Positions 27,723 to 36,406 of a stretch of DNA of 64,000 bases are shown here, one piece after another. Origin of the DNA: a virus. Where the stretch lies: positions 2,972 to 66,971 of the IMG/VR virus record IMGVR_UViG_3300020171_000021; one strand, 5' to 3'. The position numbers were made by a program, and so were the translations under genes. The notes below the pieces were generated by a model. That model ran no database searches. It was not told where the DNA came from and saw only the letters and a program-made list of their open reading frames with translations. Each line of letters starts with the position of its first letter. Position 1 is the first letter of the stretch.

Positions 27723-29090
27723 ATGGGACTAAGAGATTGGTTAGCAAATAAAATAAAAGGAGATAAAGACTTCGGAGGAAGTCTGATGTTTGAGCCGGGT
27801 ACGGATGATTCCGACCCAAGATTAAAAGGTTTCAGTCCTGTGACTATTGATGGATTGATAAAAAGATTCAATATGAGAAAGGATAGCCGCATAACTACTT
27901 TCTCAGAAATGCTGGATTGGCTTGAAGAACATGACCAAACTTGGGTGCTTCTTAAAAATGATAAGATGATTGCACGGTATGATACTTTCCCAGATTTTGA
28001 TGCTATAATGGATGACCATTATGATAAATATGGTGGAGGTACTTATGTCATTAAGTGTCTAGTACCAAAACCAGTAAGAGTAGGTTCATACAAGGTAGAG
28101 GGAGAAGACAAGATGGAAGAGGCTATGGAAAAAGAAGCTAATAAAGGCAAAAAGAAAGAAGCTAAGTCTCTTAAAGACCGTGAAGATGAAATATTCCTCA
28201 CAGCTCTTGAGTCAAATTCAGAATTTAAAGAAGCATATCTTAAAAATCTGCTTAAATCAAAAGGAATCTCCTCAGATGGAAAATCAGAAAAAAAACAGAC
28301 CATTGAGGAAATTGTTGCTGATGAAATGACAAGAGACCCAGCTGTACGTGACCAGTTGGTAAAAGCAGAAATTCAGAAACGGCTTGGAAAAGCAGGTAAT
28401 GCAAAGCCAAAGACTCCCCTTGAGGAAGCAAAAGAGCTTCACGAATACTGGGAGACTATGCGTGGAATGTTTGGTGATAAACAGCAAGGAACCGACTGGG
28501 GTAAAGTGCTTGAAACATTTATCAAGCAAGGCGGTATAGGAGAACTTGCAGAAACACTTGGTACGGTTATGGCACCAGATGCAGCAGCTCAAGCAGCTGC
28601 CCAAGTAAATCAACCAGCACAATTAATGGCACCTATAACTCAAAAACTTGCGGTTCCGTCTTCACAACCAATAACAAAAGAAGATAATTTAAGCAAGTCA
28701 TTAATTGAATATATGCCAACCATGGCAAAATTAGTTCAAACCGTAGAACCAACTGCAGCGTTTGAATTGATAAATGCCATGAAGCCAGAATACTGTGACA
28801 TGCTGTATGAGTTATCAGAGGAAATGGTGTATGCCTTACTTGAGCCCGCAGCACAAATACCTGAACTGAAAGGTAAAATTGATATATTCTTCTCAGATAA
28901 AGGACATAAATGGGTAAAAGAGTTCTTGAGTGTGAATAAGAGTATGATTGATGCAGAAATGGCTATGCAAAATATTCAAGGAACAAAAGCGTCTGTCACT
29001 CAATCAGAAGAGGAGCCAATATATAATTTACCAGAATCAAGAATGTCTAGTGATGAAATAAAAGTTCATATGCCGTCTGCAGGAAAGTGA
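27723..29090 (+). CDS. Hypothetical helical protein
   Basis: 455-aa ORF with GGAGG RBS and charged helical composition. Confidence 0.75.
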   Translation: MGLRDWLANKIKGDKDFGGSLMFEPGTDDSDPRLKGFSPVTIDGLIKRFNMRKDSRITTFSEMLDWLEEHDQTWVLLKNDKMIARYDTFPDFDAIMDDHYDKYGGGTYVIKCLVPKPVRVGSYKVEGEDKMEEAMEKEANKGKKKEAKSLKDREDEIFLTALESNSEFKEAYLKNLLKSKGISSDGKSEKKQTIEEIVADEMTRDPAVRDQLVKAEIQKRLGKAGNAKPKTPLEEAKELHEYWETMRGMFGDKQQGTDWGKVLETFIKQGGIGELAETLGTVMAPDAAAQAAAQVNQPAQLMAPITQKLAVPSSQPITKEDNLSKSLIEYMPTMAKLVQTVEPTAAFELINAMKPEYCDMLYELSEEMVYALLEPAAQIPELKGKIDIFFSDKGHKWVKEFLSVNKSMIDAEMAMQNIQGTKASVTQSEEEPIYNLPESRMSSDEIKVHMPSAGK

Positions 29091-29095
29091 TTTAA

Positions 29096-29500
29096 ATGGG
29101 AAGTGAACAAACAACAAGACAACTTAACGATGAAGAACGTGATTTGGTTAGGCGATTAAAAGAGATTCAAAAAGTAAAAAAAGCAGAACATATAGACGAT
29201 GCTCCGATTGAAGCCCAATACCGTGTAATTGACCCAGATACTCATCAGGAAACATCTGTTCTTGACGACTTAGGGCAAATGGGATTTAGAGACGTTCTTA
29301 TGGAGCCAACAAATCCTATCAGAACAGTTAATTTCCTTAAAAATCTAAAGGGGCGGCCTGATATTATAGAAAAAGTTAAACGGCAATTAACAACAGAAGA
29401 GTTTCTTGAAAAAGCAGCACTAGTAACTGGTGGAGCAATTCTCGGATATTGGTTGAAGGGTAAAAGAGATGATTGGAACCGCCCAAAATATACCCCATAA
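29096..29500 (+). CDS. Hypothetical protein with C-terminal hydrophobic segment
   Basis: AALVTGGAILGYWL. Confidence 0.65.
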   Translation: MGSEQTTRQLNDEERDLVRRLKEIQKVKKAEHIDDAPIEAQYRVIDPDTHQETSVLDDLGQMGFRDVLMEPTNPIRTVNFLKNLKGRPDIIEKVKRQLTTEEFLEKAALVTGGAILGYWLKGKRDDWNRPKYTP

Positions 29501-29631
29501 AATAATATGATAACAGAACGGCGTGCTTGGGATGCTTTTATCGGCAGTGGTATAGCTGGTAATATTTTTTTGTATCAGATTATTTTGTTGCCGATTTATC
29601 AAAAATTAAAACATATATTAAAGAGACAACA

Positions 29632-29850
29632 ATGAATAGTCGTATTTTACAAAATTTACAACATGTAGTTGGTGGAATTTATTCTATTTTGTTAATGTTG
29701 ACTGCAACATTTGCAGGAATGGCGGTAAGCAAAACTTTAGATATAAGTGTTCCAATTATTGTAGGAACAATAACTTTCTTTATAAGTAGAATTTCAAGTG
29801 AACTTACTTATCAAATCAACAAGGCATTACTAAAAGAGCATAACGCCTAA
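29632..29850 (+). CDS. Small 2-TM membrane protein
   Basis: Two hydrophobic helices. Confidence 0.55.
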   Translation: MNSRILQNLQHVVGGIYSILLMLTATFAGMAVSKTLDISVPIIVGTITFFISRISSELTYQINKALLKEHNA

Positions 29851-29900
29851 GATATAATTTTAACAACAAGGTTTTTAAACTCGAAGAACATTTTAGTATT

Positions 29901-30464
29901 ATGGAGAAAAGAAGTTATCTGCTTGCTTCAGTCCCAACAAAAACGATTGAATTACCAAAGGACGAAGGAGCTAAAAATCGGAAAGTAGCTGAAATACTCA
30001 AACAGATGGCTTTAAATTCAAGAAAGTCAAGATTAGTTCGACAATTCACTATTCAAATCATAAAAAAGCGCGGTGTACCGCCAAAAGATTATATGGGTGA
30101 AATACGCGCAGTTTATGAATATGTTCGTGATGAAGTAGATTATCGTAGGGATGCAACTTTCTTAGACACCTTTGTAACACCAGATAGAATGGTACGCGAT
30201 ATATTGTTTGCACAAGGTGCAGCAGATTGTGACGATAAAGCACTTCTACTCGCCTCTATGCTCTTGCATATAGGGCAAATACCACGATTTGTACTGACAA
30301 ATAATACGCCTGGTGGAAGTTATTCACATATTTATGTTCAGGTCAAACATCCAAAGACTGGTGAATGGATTGGATTAGAAACTACGGAACCAGTGGAAAT
30401 GGGTTGGGAGTGCCCTACATTTAAACGTGGGATAATCAATATAATAGAAAAAGAAGAGAGGTGA
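29901..30464 (+). CDS. Transglutaminase-like cysteine protease (candidate maturation protease)
   Basis: YEYVRDEVDYRRD, ADCDD (Cys), SHIY (His) and WIGLET (acidic) form a papain-like triad pattern. Confidence 0.85.
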   Translation: MEKRSYLLASVPTKTIELPKDEGAKNRKVAEILKQMALNSRKSRLVRQFTIQIIKKRGVPPKDYMGEIRAVYEYVRDEVDYRRDATFLDTFVTPDRMVRDILFAQGAADCDDKALLLASMLLHIGQIPRFVLTNNTPGGSYSHIYVQVKHPKTGEWIGLETTEPVEMGWECPTFKRGIINIIEKEER

Positions 30465-30606
30465 AAATATGAGTCTGGAGATGGAATTGCCAATAACGGT
30501 AAAATGCCCGCACTGCGGAAAAGAAGCAGTAAGAGTAGTCATACCATTGCCGATAGATAAAGCAATGGAATTGATAAAAGCCTGGAAAGGAAAATAAGAG
30601 GAAACA

Positions 30607-31011
30607 ATGGTACTTTTAGCATCACAAGTAGAAACAACAACGCGGTATCTTGCAAAAATACAATTTTTACAAATAAAAATAAAAGATATCGTTTATCCAT
30701 CTGTTATATTAACACCAACTATAGAAGCACAAATCGCAAAAAAAGATTCAGAAATTGGTGAAGCTAGGCGATTATCAGGACTAGAAAGTTGGAATCATGA
30801 TAAGTATGTTTCTATTGTTGCTCCTTTAAAATTGCAGCTATATACATTGCAAAAGCAAAATAGGATTATCATTGCAGCAAATCAGTTTTTATTATCACGA
30901 GCAGAATCTGATTACCAAAAAGCATGCGTTCCTAAAAGAATAGCATTACAAGAGACAGAAGAAGAATTTGCTGCATATTTGCGTTCTATACAGACAAATA
31001 TTGTAGGATAA
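30607..31011 (+). CDS. Coiled-coil hypothetical protein
   Basis: GAGG RBS; helical composition. Confidence 0.6.
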   Translation: MVLLASQVETTTRYLAKIQFLQIKIKDIVYPSVILTPTIEAQIAKKDSEIGEARRLSGLESWNHDKYVSIVAPLKLQLYTLQKQNRIIIAANQFLLSRAESDYQKACVPKRIALQETEEEFAAYLRSIQTNIVG

Positions 31012-31015
31012 TAAC

Positions 31016-31381
31016 ATGGTAAAAAGAGGACAGGCCACAGTTGAAGATATAATTCCAATTGTGAAACGTCTTCTCCCTATTCTTAAAAAAGCAGTAAAGA
31101 TAAAATTTCACGTTAAGATTTGTGCTGGGCTAGTATGCGAATTATGGCGTCGTGACCCAAAAACAAAACCAAATACTATGATGATTGGTGTTGACGCAAT
31201 AAATTTCTTTTGGGTTGAATATGGTAAATCACTTGAAAAAACCATCCAAAATATATTAGTTCATGAAGCAATTCATATTCGTGGTTTAGAACATAATACC
31301 GAAGGATATAAACTTGGATTTTATTCTGACCCAAATCGTGATACTTGGACACCGCAAATTGAAAAACTAATATTTAAGTGA
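31016..31381 (+). CDS. Zincin-like metallopeptidase
   Basis: VHEAIH...H motif. Confidence 0.65.
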   Translation: MVKRGQATVEDIIPIVKRLLPILKKAVKIKFHVKICAGLVCELWRRDPKTKPNTMMIGVDAINFFWVEYGKSLEKTIQNILVHEAIHIRGLEHNTEGYKLGFYSDPNRDTWTPQIEKLIFK

Positions 31382-31439
31382 ATTCAGCATAGTATTATAA
31401 ATACTTTTAAAAAAATATAACATAAAGAAGGATTAAATT

Positions 31440-31760
31440 ATGGATAATGAACCAGAAAAGTCAGTTGAAGCAAAACCAGCAAAATATTGTATTATACCAA
31501 TTAGGTTTTCGCCAACACAAGAAGTTGGTGTAGATGAGATTGTCGGTAGTGTTAATAAAATATCTGGCAAATCATATCTAAATTTCATTGATGTCTCCGG
31601 AAGAATGTGGAAAGGCGCAGAAGAAGAATTTATTGTAATTCGAAACTTTCCAACTGAAGAAGATTTATCAGATTTCGCAAGATTAATGCGAGAGACTGAA
31701 AAGCTTGAACAAATCATCAAAAATAAAAAACTTGAGGAACTCGACCGTGCTTTCAGCTAA
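31440..31760 (+). CDS. Hypothetical protein
   Basis: TATA-like box upstream. Confidence 0.6.
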   Translation: MDNEPEKSVEAKPAKYCIIPIRFSPTQEVGVDEIVGSVNKISGKSYLNFIDVSGRMWKGAEEEFIVIRNFPTEEDLSDFARLMRETEKLEQIIKNKKLEELDRAFS

Positions 31761-32268
31761 GTTAAAATTTTTTAAATGGGAAATAATTATTCGCGATGAA
31801 AATTTGGGCAAACTTCATATAACAGACTTTCAGCATAATGATGTAGAGGATGACCAAAATCCACCAATAAATGGAATGTTGGGTTTTAAGTATTATGATA
31901 TTGACCCATTAAATACTTCAAAACGCGTTTGTGCATTAGCAGGCGACCACGGAATGATTGATTATATTTTCCGTGGATTAGGACAAGCGCTGTTAATGTA
32001 TCATGATGATGCAATAACACTTCTTAATGGTGTAATGAAATCATTAACACAAATGAGAAGCGACCTTTGGGTGCATAATGCAACAACCAGAGAACTTGAT
32101 GTGTTTGACAATAAAGTTTATAAAAATTTTTGTCTAATGTTAGGTGAAATAAAATCTAAAGCATTTGACCCAAATAATGAAATTAAAGAGTTGGATAAAC
32201 AGTTATATGATATTGTGAAACAATACGATATTCTAAACTATCAAATCGGTAATAAATACTACAAATAA
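31705..32268 (+). CDS. Hypothetical protein (start uncertain)
   Basis: Long ORF in operon orientation. Confidence 0.55.
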   Translation: MNKSSKIKNLRNSTVLSAKLKFFKWEIIIRDENLGKLHITDFQHNDVEDDQNPPINGMLGFKYYDIDPLNTSKRVCALAGDHGMIDYIFRGLGQALLMYHDDAITLLNGVMKSLTQMRSDLWVHNATTRELDVFDNKVYKNFCLMLGEIKSKAFDPNNEIKELDKQLYDIVKQYDILNYQIGNKYYK

Positions 32269-32284
32269 TTTTTGATGTGACATA

Positions 32285-33109
32285 ATGAAAGCAATAGAAA
32301 AAACAATAACACTTGACGACAAGAAGAAGCCATTGATATTAATACCATTTGGTGATGTCCACTTAGGAAACGCAAATTGCGATAAAAAATATTTTAAGAA
32401 AACTCTTAATTGGATACTTGATAAACCAAATGCTTATGCAATCGGAATGGGAGACTATTGCGATGCAATTATTCCCACTGATAAACGATTTGATTTTAAA
32501 GAAGTTGATAAACAATTTGTAGGTGACATGGATAATCTTCCAATGGCTCAAGTTGAATATATGTCAGAACTATTAACGCCTTTAAGTGAAGATAATAAAT
32601 TGTTGACTTTAATTCCCGGTAATCACGAAGATATGTTCCGTTTAAGAAATGGAGTTAATGTTATGAAGTCAATTTGTAAGCCTCTAAATATTCCGGAAGG
32701 TGATATGATGACCTTCTTGAGGATAAAATTTGACAAAAAACAGTTTCACACATCGTCGTTGATTATTTGGATGCATCATGGATGGTACTCAGGTCGTAAA
32801 CTTGGAGGAAAGGTTAATCAGTTGACCGATATCGCAAATGGGTATGACGCCTCAATTTATTTAGCTGGACACTCTCATGAATTATCAGCACATCAAATTG
32901 TAAAAATTAGTATGGCGCAAACAGGAATTGAAACTGTAGCTAATAAAAAAACATTTGGCAATACCGGAACATTTATGAAGACATTATCTAAAGATGGTGG
33001 TAATGGTTATGCTGAAAGAAAAGCATATACACCAGCAAAAATAGGAGTTTTACGGTTTGACATCTATCCAAGAAAGATGGGAATACCTGACGTTCATGTA
33101 AGAGTTTAA
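32285..33109 (+). CDS. Calcineurin-like metallophosphoesterase
   Basis: GDVH, GD, GNHE, HG and GHSH motifs. Confidence 0.92.
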   Translation: MKAIEKTITLDDKKKPLILIPFGDVHLGNANCDKKYFKKTLNWILDKPNAYAIGMGDYCDAIIPTDKRFDFKEVDKQFVGDMDNLPMAQVEYMSELLTPLSEDNKLLTLIPGNHEDMFRLRNGVNVMKSICKPLNIPEGDMMTFLRIKFDKKQFHTSSLIIWMHHGWYSGRKLGGKVNQLTDIANGYDASIYLAGHSHELSAHQIVKISMAQTGIETVANKKTFGNTGTFMKTLSKDGGNGYAERKAYTPAKIGVLRFDIYPRKMGIPDVHVRV

Positions 33110-33204
33110 TATGAAAATTGAATATAAACGAAGAAGATATAGTGATTGTTTATATACCTTCTTTTCTTTTACAATATCTGAAATTAGTATAAATTTATGC
33201 TTGT

Positions 33205-33450
33205 TTGGATGTAGCATGTGGATATTTTGGAATAGAAAATATTATTATGACTGAAGACGTGCCTTATTATTTTCAAACAAAATTTCGTATTTGGGATAGA
33301 GCAATCATTGAACAAATGATTGTCAAATACGAACAACAGTTTGAAATGAAGGCACCTGAATATCATGAATTATTTTTAGAAGGTAAGATTAAAGGAGAAG
33401 ACGGCCAAAGATTTATGTTCCTTTATGAATTTTATGTATCATCATACTGA
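33205..33450 (+). CDS. Hypothetical protein
   Basis: ORF in operon orientation; start probably near 33248. Confidence 0.45.
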   Translation: MDVACGYFGIENIIMTEDVPYYFQTKFRIWDRAIIEQMIVKYEQQFEMKAPEYHELFLEGKIKGEDGQRFMFLYEFYVSSY

Positions 33451-34027
33451 AGCAACAAAATTAAAAATGTCAGTTGCACATAAGGGAAGAAAGTTTACTG
33501 AAGAGCATAAGCAAAATATTTCTATTGCTAATAAAGGTGTATTACGGTCTAACGAAACAAAATGTAAAATATCAGCCGCAAATAAAGGAAAAATATTTAC
33601 CAAAGAACATAAACAAAAAATATCTATAGCAAGAAAAGGCAAATATTGCGGAAAAGAAAATTTTAATTTTGGAAATGTGCCTCCGGCGTGTTGCGGTTAC
33701 GGAGTGCATTCTCATTACCTCTCGCCACTTCAAGGTGAAGTCTGTTTCCGTTCATCTTATGAGTTAGCATACGCCAAATATCTTGATTCAATCTCCGAAT
33801 TATGGATGTACGAAATGGAAACATTTGATTTAGGAGATACTACCTACACTCCTGATTTCTTCCTACCTAGATTAGAAAAATTCGTCGAGATTAAAGGCTA
33901 TATGCTTCCAAAAGCACAAGATAAAATAAATCAATTCAGAGAACAATATCCTTGGGATTTGGAAGTATTGAGATTGAAAGAACTGAAGGAATTAGGAGTA
34001 TTTGAGCAAAAGATTAATGTTATTTGA
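33425..34027 (+). CDS. Homing-endonuclease-like: NUMOD3 repeats plus PD-(D/E)xK domain
   Basis: Repeats of H/F-T-EEHKQ-IS-A-KG; FRSSYE...YTPDF...EIKG. Confidence 0.82.
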   Translation: MNFMYHHTEATKLKMSVAHKGRKFTEEHKQNISIANKGVLRSNETKCKISAANKGKIFTKEHKQKISIARKGKYCGKENFNFGNVPPACCGYGVHSHYLSPLQGEVCFRSSYELAYAKYLDSISELWMYEMETFDLGDTTYTPDFFLPRLEKFVEIKGYMLPKAQDKINQFREQYPWDLEVLRLKELKELGVFEQKINVI

Positions 34028-34076
34028 TAAACATCTTAGTATAATTACAAATGACTCAGAAGGACTTAAAAATACC

Positions 34077-34148
34077 GGGGTCGTATATCAGCGGTAGATA
34101 GCCTGCTTTGCAAGCAGGAAGCCAGGGGTTCAAATCCCCTCGACTCCA
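34077..34148 (+). tRNA. tRNA-Ala(TGC)
   Basis: Acceptor GGGGTCG/CGACTCC, anticodon arm CCTGC-TTTGCAA-GCAGG, T-arm AGGGG-TTCAAAT-CCCCT. Confidence 0.95.
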
Positions 34149-34150
34149 TC

Positions 34151-34224
34151 GGGAATATGAGGTAGCCTGGTTATCCCTGGACGTTTGGAACGTTCAGACC
34201 TCGGTTCAAATCCGAGTATTCCCA
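34151..34224 (+). tRNA. tRNA-Pro(TGG)
   Basis: Acceptor GGGAATA/TATTCCC, anticodon arm GGACG-TTTGGAA-CGTTC, T-arm CTCGG-TTCAAAT-CCGAG. Confidence 0.95.
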
Positions 34225-34259
34225 TATTTTAATATACTGATAAAACAATTTGATATTAT

Positions 34260-34427
34260 ATGGTAAAAGAAAAATGTGAGTTTTGTAATACTGAAACAAC
34301 ATGCAATTTTGGAATGATGGGAAAAGACATTAGACTTTTCTTTTGTTCTGTGGATTGTATGGTCGGATATGCACAAGTACATGGTTATCATCCATATAAT
34401 GGATTGATAAATGTAATAGAAAAATAA
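34260..34427 (+). CDS. 55-aa TRASH/MYM-type Zn-finger protein between tRNAs (not in ORF track)
   Basis: CEFC...FCSVDC; the stop codon abuts tRNA-Gln. Confidence 0.65.
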   Translation: MVKEKCEFCNTETTCNFGMMGKDIRLFFCSVDCMVGYAQVHGYHPYNGLINVIEK

Positions 34428-34561
34428 AGCCCTGTAGGGTAGCGGTCAATCCTTCTGGCCTTTGGATACCGCAATCTAACAGCAGAATTGTCTCAAGGTA
34501 TGCTTAGGAGTAGTGCGGGAGAAGACATCCAGAGACAACGGTTCGAATCCGTTCAGGGCTA
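34428..34561 (+). tRNA. tRNA-Gln(TTG) with 61-nt intron (34466-34526) at position 37/38
   Basis: Acceptor AGCCCTG/CAGGGCT and anticodon TTG at 34462-34464. BHB motif is a CTTT/GAAG helix flanked by 3-nt bulges GGA and ACA. Confidence 0.9.
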
Positions 34562-34742
34562 TTAATATAATCCAATATCTTTATCTTTTAAATTTACATT
34601 TTAAGTATATGGAACAGCAAAAGAAAAAGCCGTGTAATTGTCTGAAAGGGAAAGAAGCAGATGCACGTATTGCTCATTGGCGACAGATATTGTCTGAAGT
34701 CTCTAAAGATATTGATGATATTTAATTTAATGTGTAGAAATT

Positions 34743-35318
34743 ATGTGGATAGAAGAAGCAGCTAAGTGGGTATCACAAGAACAATTAAAATACGTTCAAT
34801 GTAAGTGCGGGTGTGGAAACAAAATAATAATTAAGTTACAGCATTATTATACAAAAATTCCAGATTTTATTACTGGACATTTTAGCAAAACTGAAGATTT
34901 TAAAAAGAGTGCGTCTGAAAGAGGAAAACAGCAAATACATCCACCTTGTTCTGATAATACACGAAAAAAATTATCTCAAAAATTTAAAGGACGTATATCT
35001 GGAAGAAAAGGCAAAACAGCGTGGAATAAAGGAAAAAAATTTCCTGAATACTGTGGTATAAATAATCCTAAATATAGTGGTGGAAAACGCATGTCAATTG
35101 CCAGAAGCAATCATAAACGAAGACTTAAAGGATTTATTCCATTAACACTTAATAATCCATATTCTGAAGAAATAATATATCATCATATTAATCCCAATTT
35201 ACCTTATGTTGTACCTTGTCCAAAAAGAATTCACGAAATATTTAGAGAAGGAAAAGAAAACCAAAGACACTGTGAATATGTAAATTTATTTCTTGGTATA
35301 ATAAAAATAGATTTTTAA
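34743..35318 (+). CDS. HNH-like homing endonuclease with CKCGC and NUMOD3-like module
   Basis: CKCGCG, TRKKLSQKFKG, AWNKG and YHHIN...H. Confidence 0.7.
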   Translation: MWIEEAAKWVSQEQLKYVQCKCGCGNKIIIKLQHYYTKIPDFITGHFSKTEDFKKSASERGKQQIHPPCSDNTRKKLSQKFKGRISGRKGKTAWNKGKKFPEYCGINNPKYSGGKRMSIARSNHKRRLKGFIPLTLNNPYSEEIIYHHINPNLPYVVPCPKRIHEIFREGKENQRHCEYVNLFLGIIKIDF

Positions 35319-36073
35319 CCTTTATTACGGCTTATAGATGTCGTCCATCCACGCGCTAAGCCTGTTTTAATGACACCACGAAAATCTTGATGAACAACAT
35401 AGGTATAGAATTTTCGTTGTGATTTATTTAACGAATCAAAAAATGGCCTAACTTTTTCTTCTATTAGTTTACCGATAAAGTCTCGGTCTAAAGACATTTG
35501 AAACAACGCAGGCTCTTTAAAAAATAGGGCTCTCGTTTGCGAAATTATTTGTTTATTTAAACTTGATGAATCTTGAACATTAATTAAAAAGCAAATATCT
35601 AAATGCCTGGCTATAAACGATAACTTTTTCATAGTTTCGTTTTGGTCAGTGTACATTTTATTTGACTCCAAAATATTAGCTGCATCGTCAATTATGATGG
35701 TGCAGCCTTTATCTGCTGGTGCAGTATTTCCATTTGGAAATATAAAATAGCAGTCATAATTTGTATCACTTTCTTCAATATGTAGTTTTGATACAGGAAT
35801 TATCCAGTTTGGAACTTTTAGCATATTTATTGCATAAACTGGTCTGCCTAAAAATTCAGCCAGCCTCATACACAATGCTGTCTTACCCCCTCCCGACTTT
35901 CCAACAACAAGATTTATACCCCAGGGCTCTTTTTTAAAAATAGATAAAAATTCTTGTTTTGACACTCCAGCACCCCCAAAATTATTTATTGATGACTGTC
36001 CACTTGTTTGACCTGGCGACCGCATTCCTTTTCCAATTGCTATATCAAATAGTATAGCGAGCGGATTATCCAT
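35315..36073 (-). CDS. FtsK/HerA-superfamily ATPase, A32-like candidate packaging ATPase
   Basis: Walker A GKSGGGKT, Walker B IIIDD, arginine-finger ARH followed by a strand ending in Q. Confidence 0.7.
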   Translation of the reverse strand: MDNPLAILFDIAIGKGMRSPGQTSGQSSINNFGGAGVSKQEFLSIFKKEPWGINLVVGKSGGGKTALCMRLAEFLGRPVYAINMLKVPNWIIPVSKLHIEESDTNYDCYFIFPNGNTAPADKGCTIIIDDAANILESNKMYTDQNETMKKLSFIARHLDICFLINVQDSSSLNKQIISQTRALFFKEPALFQMSLDRDFIGKLIEEKVRPFFDSLNKSQRKFYTYVVHQDFRGVIKTGLARGWTTSISRNKG

Positions 36074-36297
36074 TAAAATTGTTCCTGTTTCACTTTTAAA
36101 AATTTAGCTTTAATTTCTTTACGTGCAATCCCATATTTTTCCATTAAAACTTTCATCATCACTTGCCCGCTACTCTTCATATCTATGTAATGAATCAATA
36201 ATAAACAAACGGCGTCTGGCAATTTTAAATCTCGAGGAACTGCTTTTTTAAAGTTCATCCAGACATCATCGTCAATATCAATAAGAATTTTTGTCAT
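36073..36297 (-). CDS. RHH-type transcription regulator
   Basis: IDIDDDVWMNFK pattern; transcribed divergently from the structural operon. Confidence 0.7.
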   Translation of the reverse strand: MTKILIDIDDDVWMNFKKAVPRDLKLPDAVCLLLIHYIDMKSSGQVMMKVLMEKYGIARKEIKAKFLKVKQEQF

Positions 36298-36406
36298 CCA
36301 ATTAAAGTATAATTCTTTTATTAGTATTTAAATTTAACTTAATTTGTTTATTTTTTACCAAATGTTTATTAACCAACGGTAACAAATTAACAGTGAAGAT
36401 GAAAAT

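Noticed and set aside
34513-34725. 70-aa ORF from the track
   Set aside because: Its 5' part overlaps tRNA-Gln. At most a short ORF from ATG 34609 is real.
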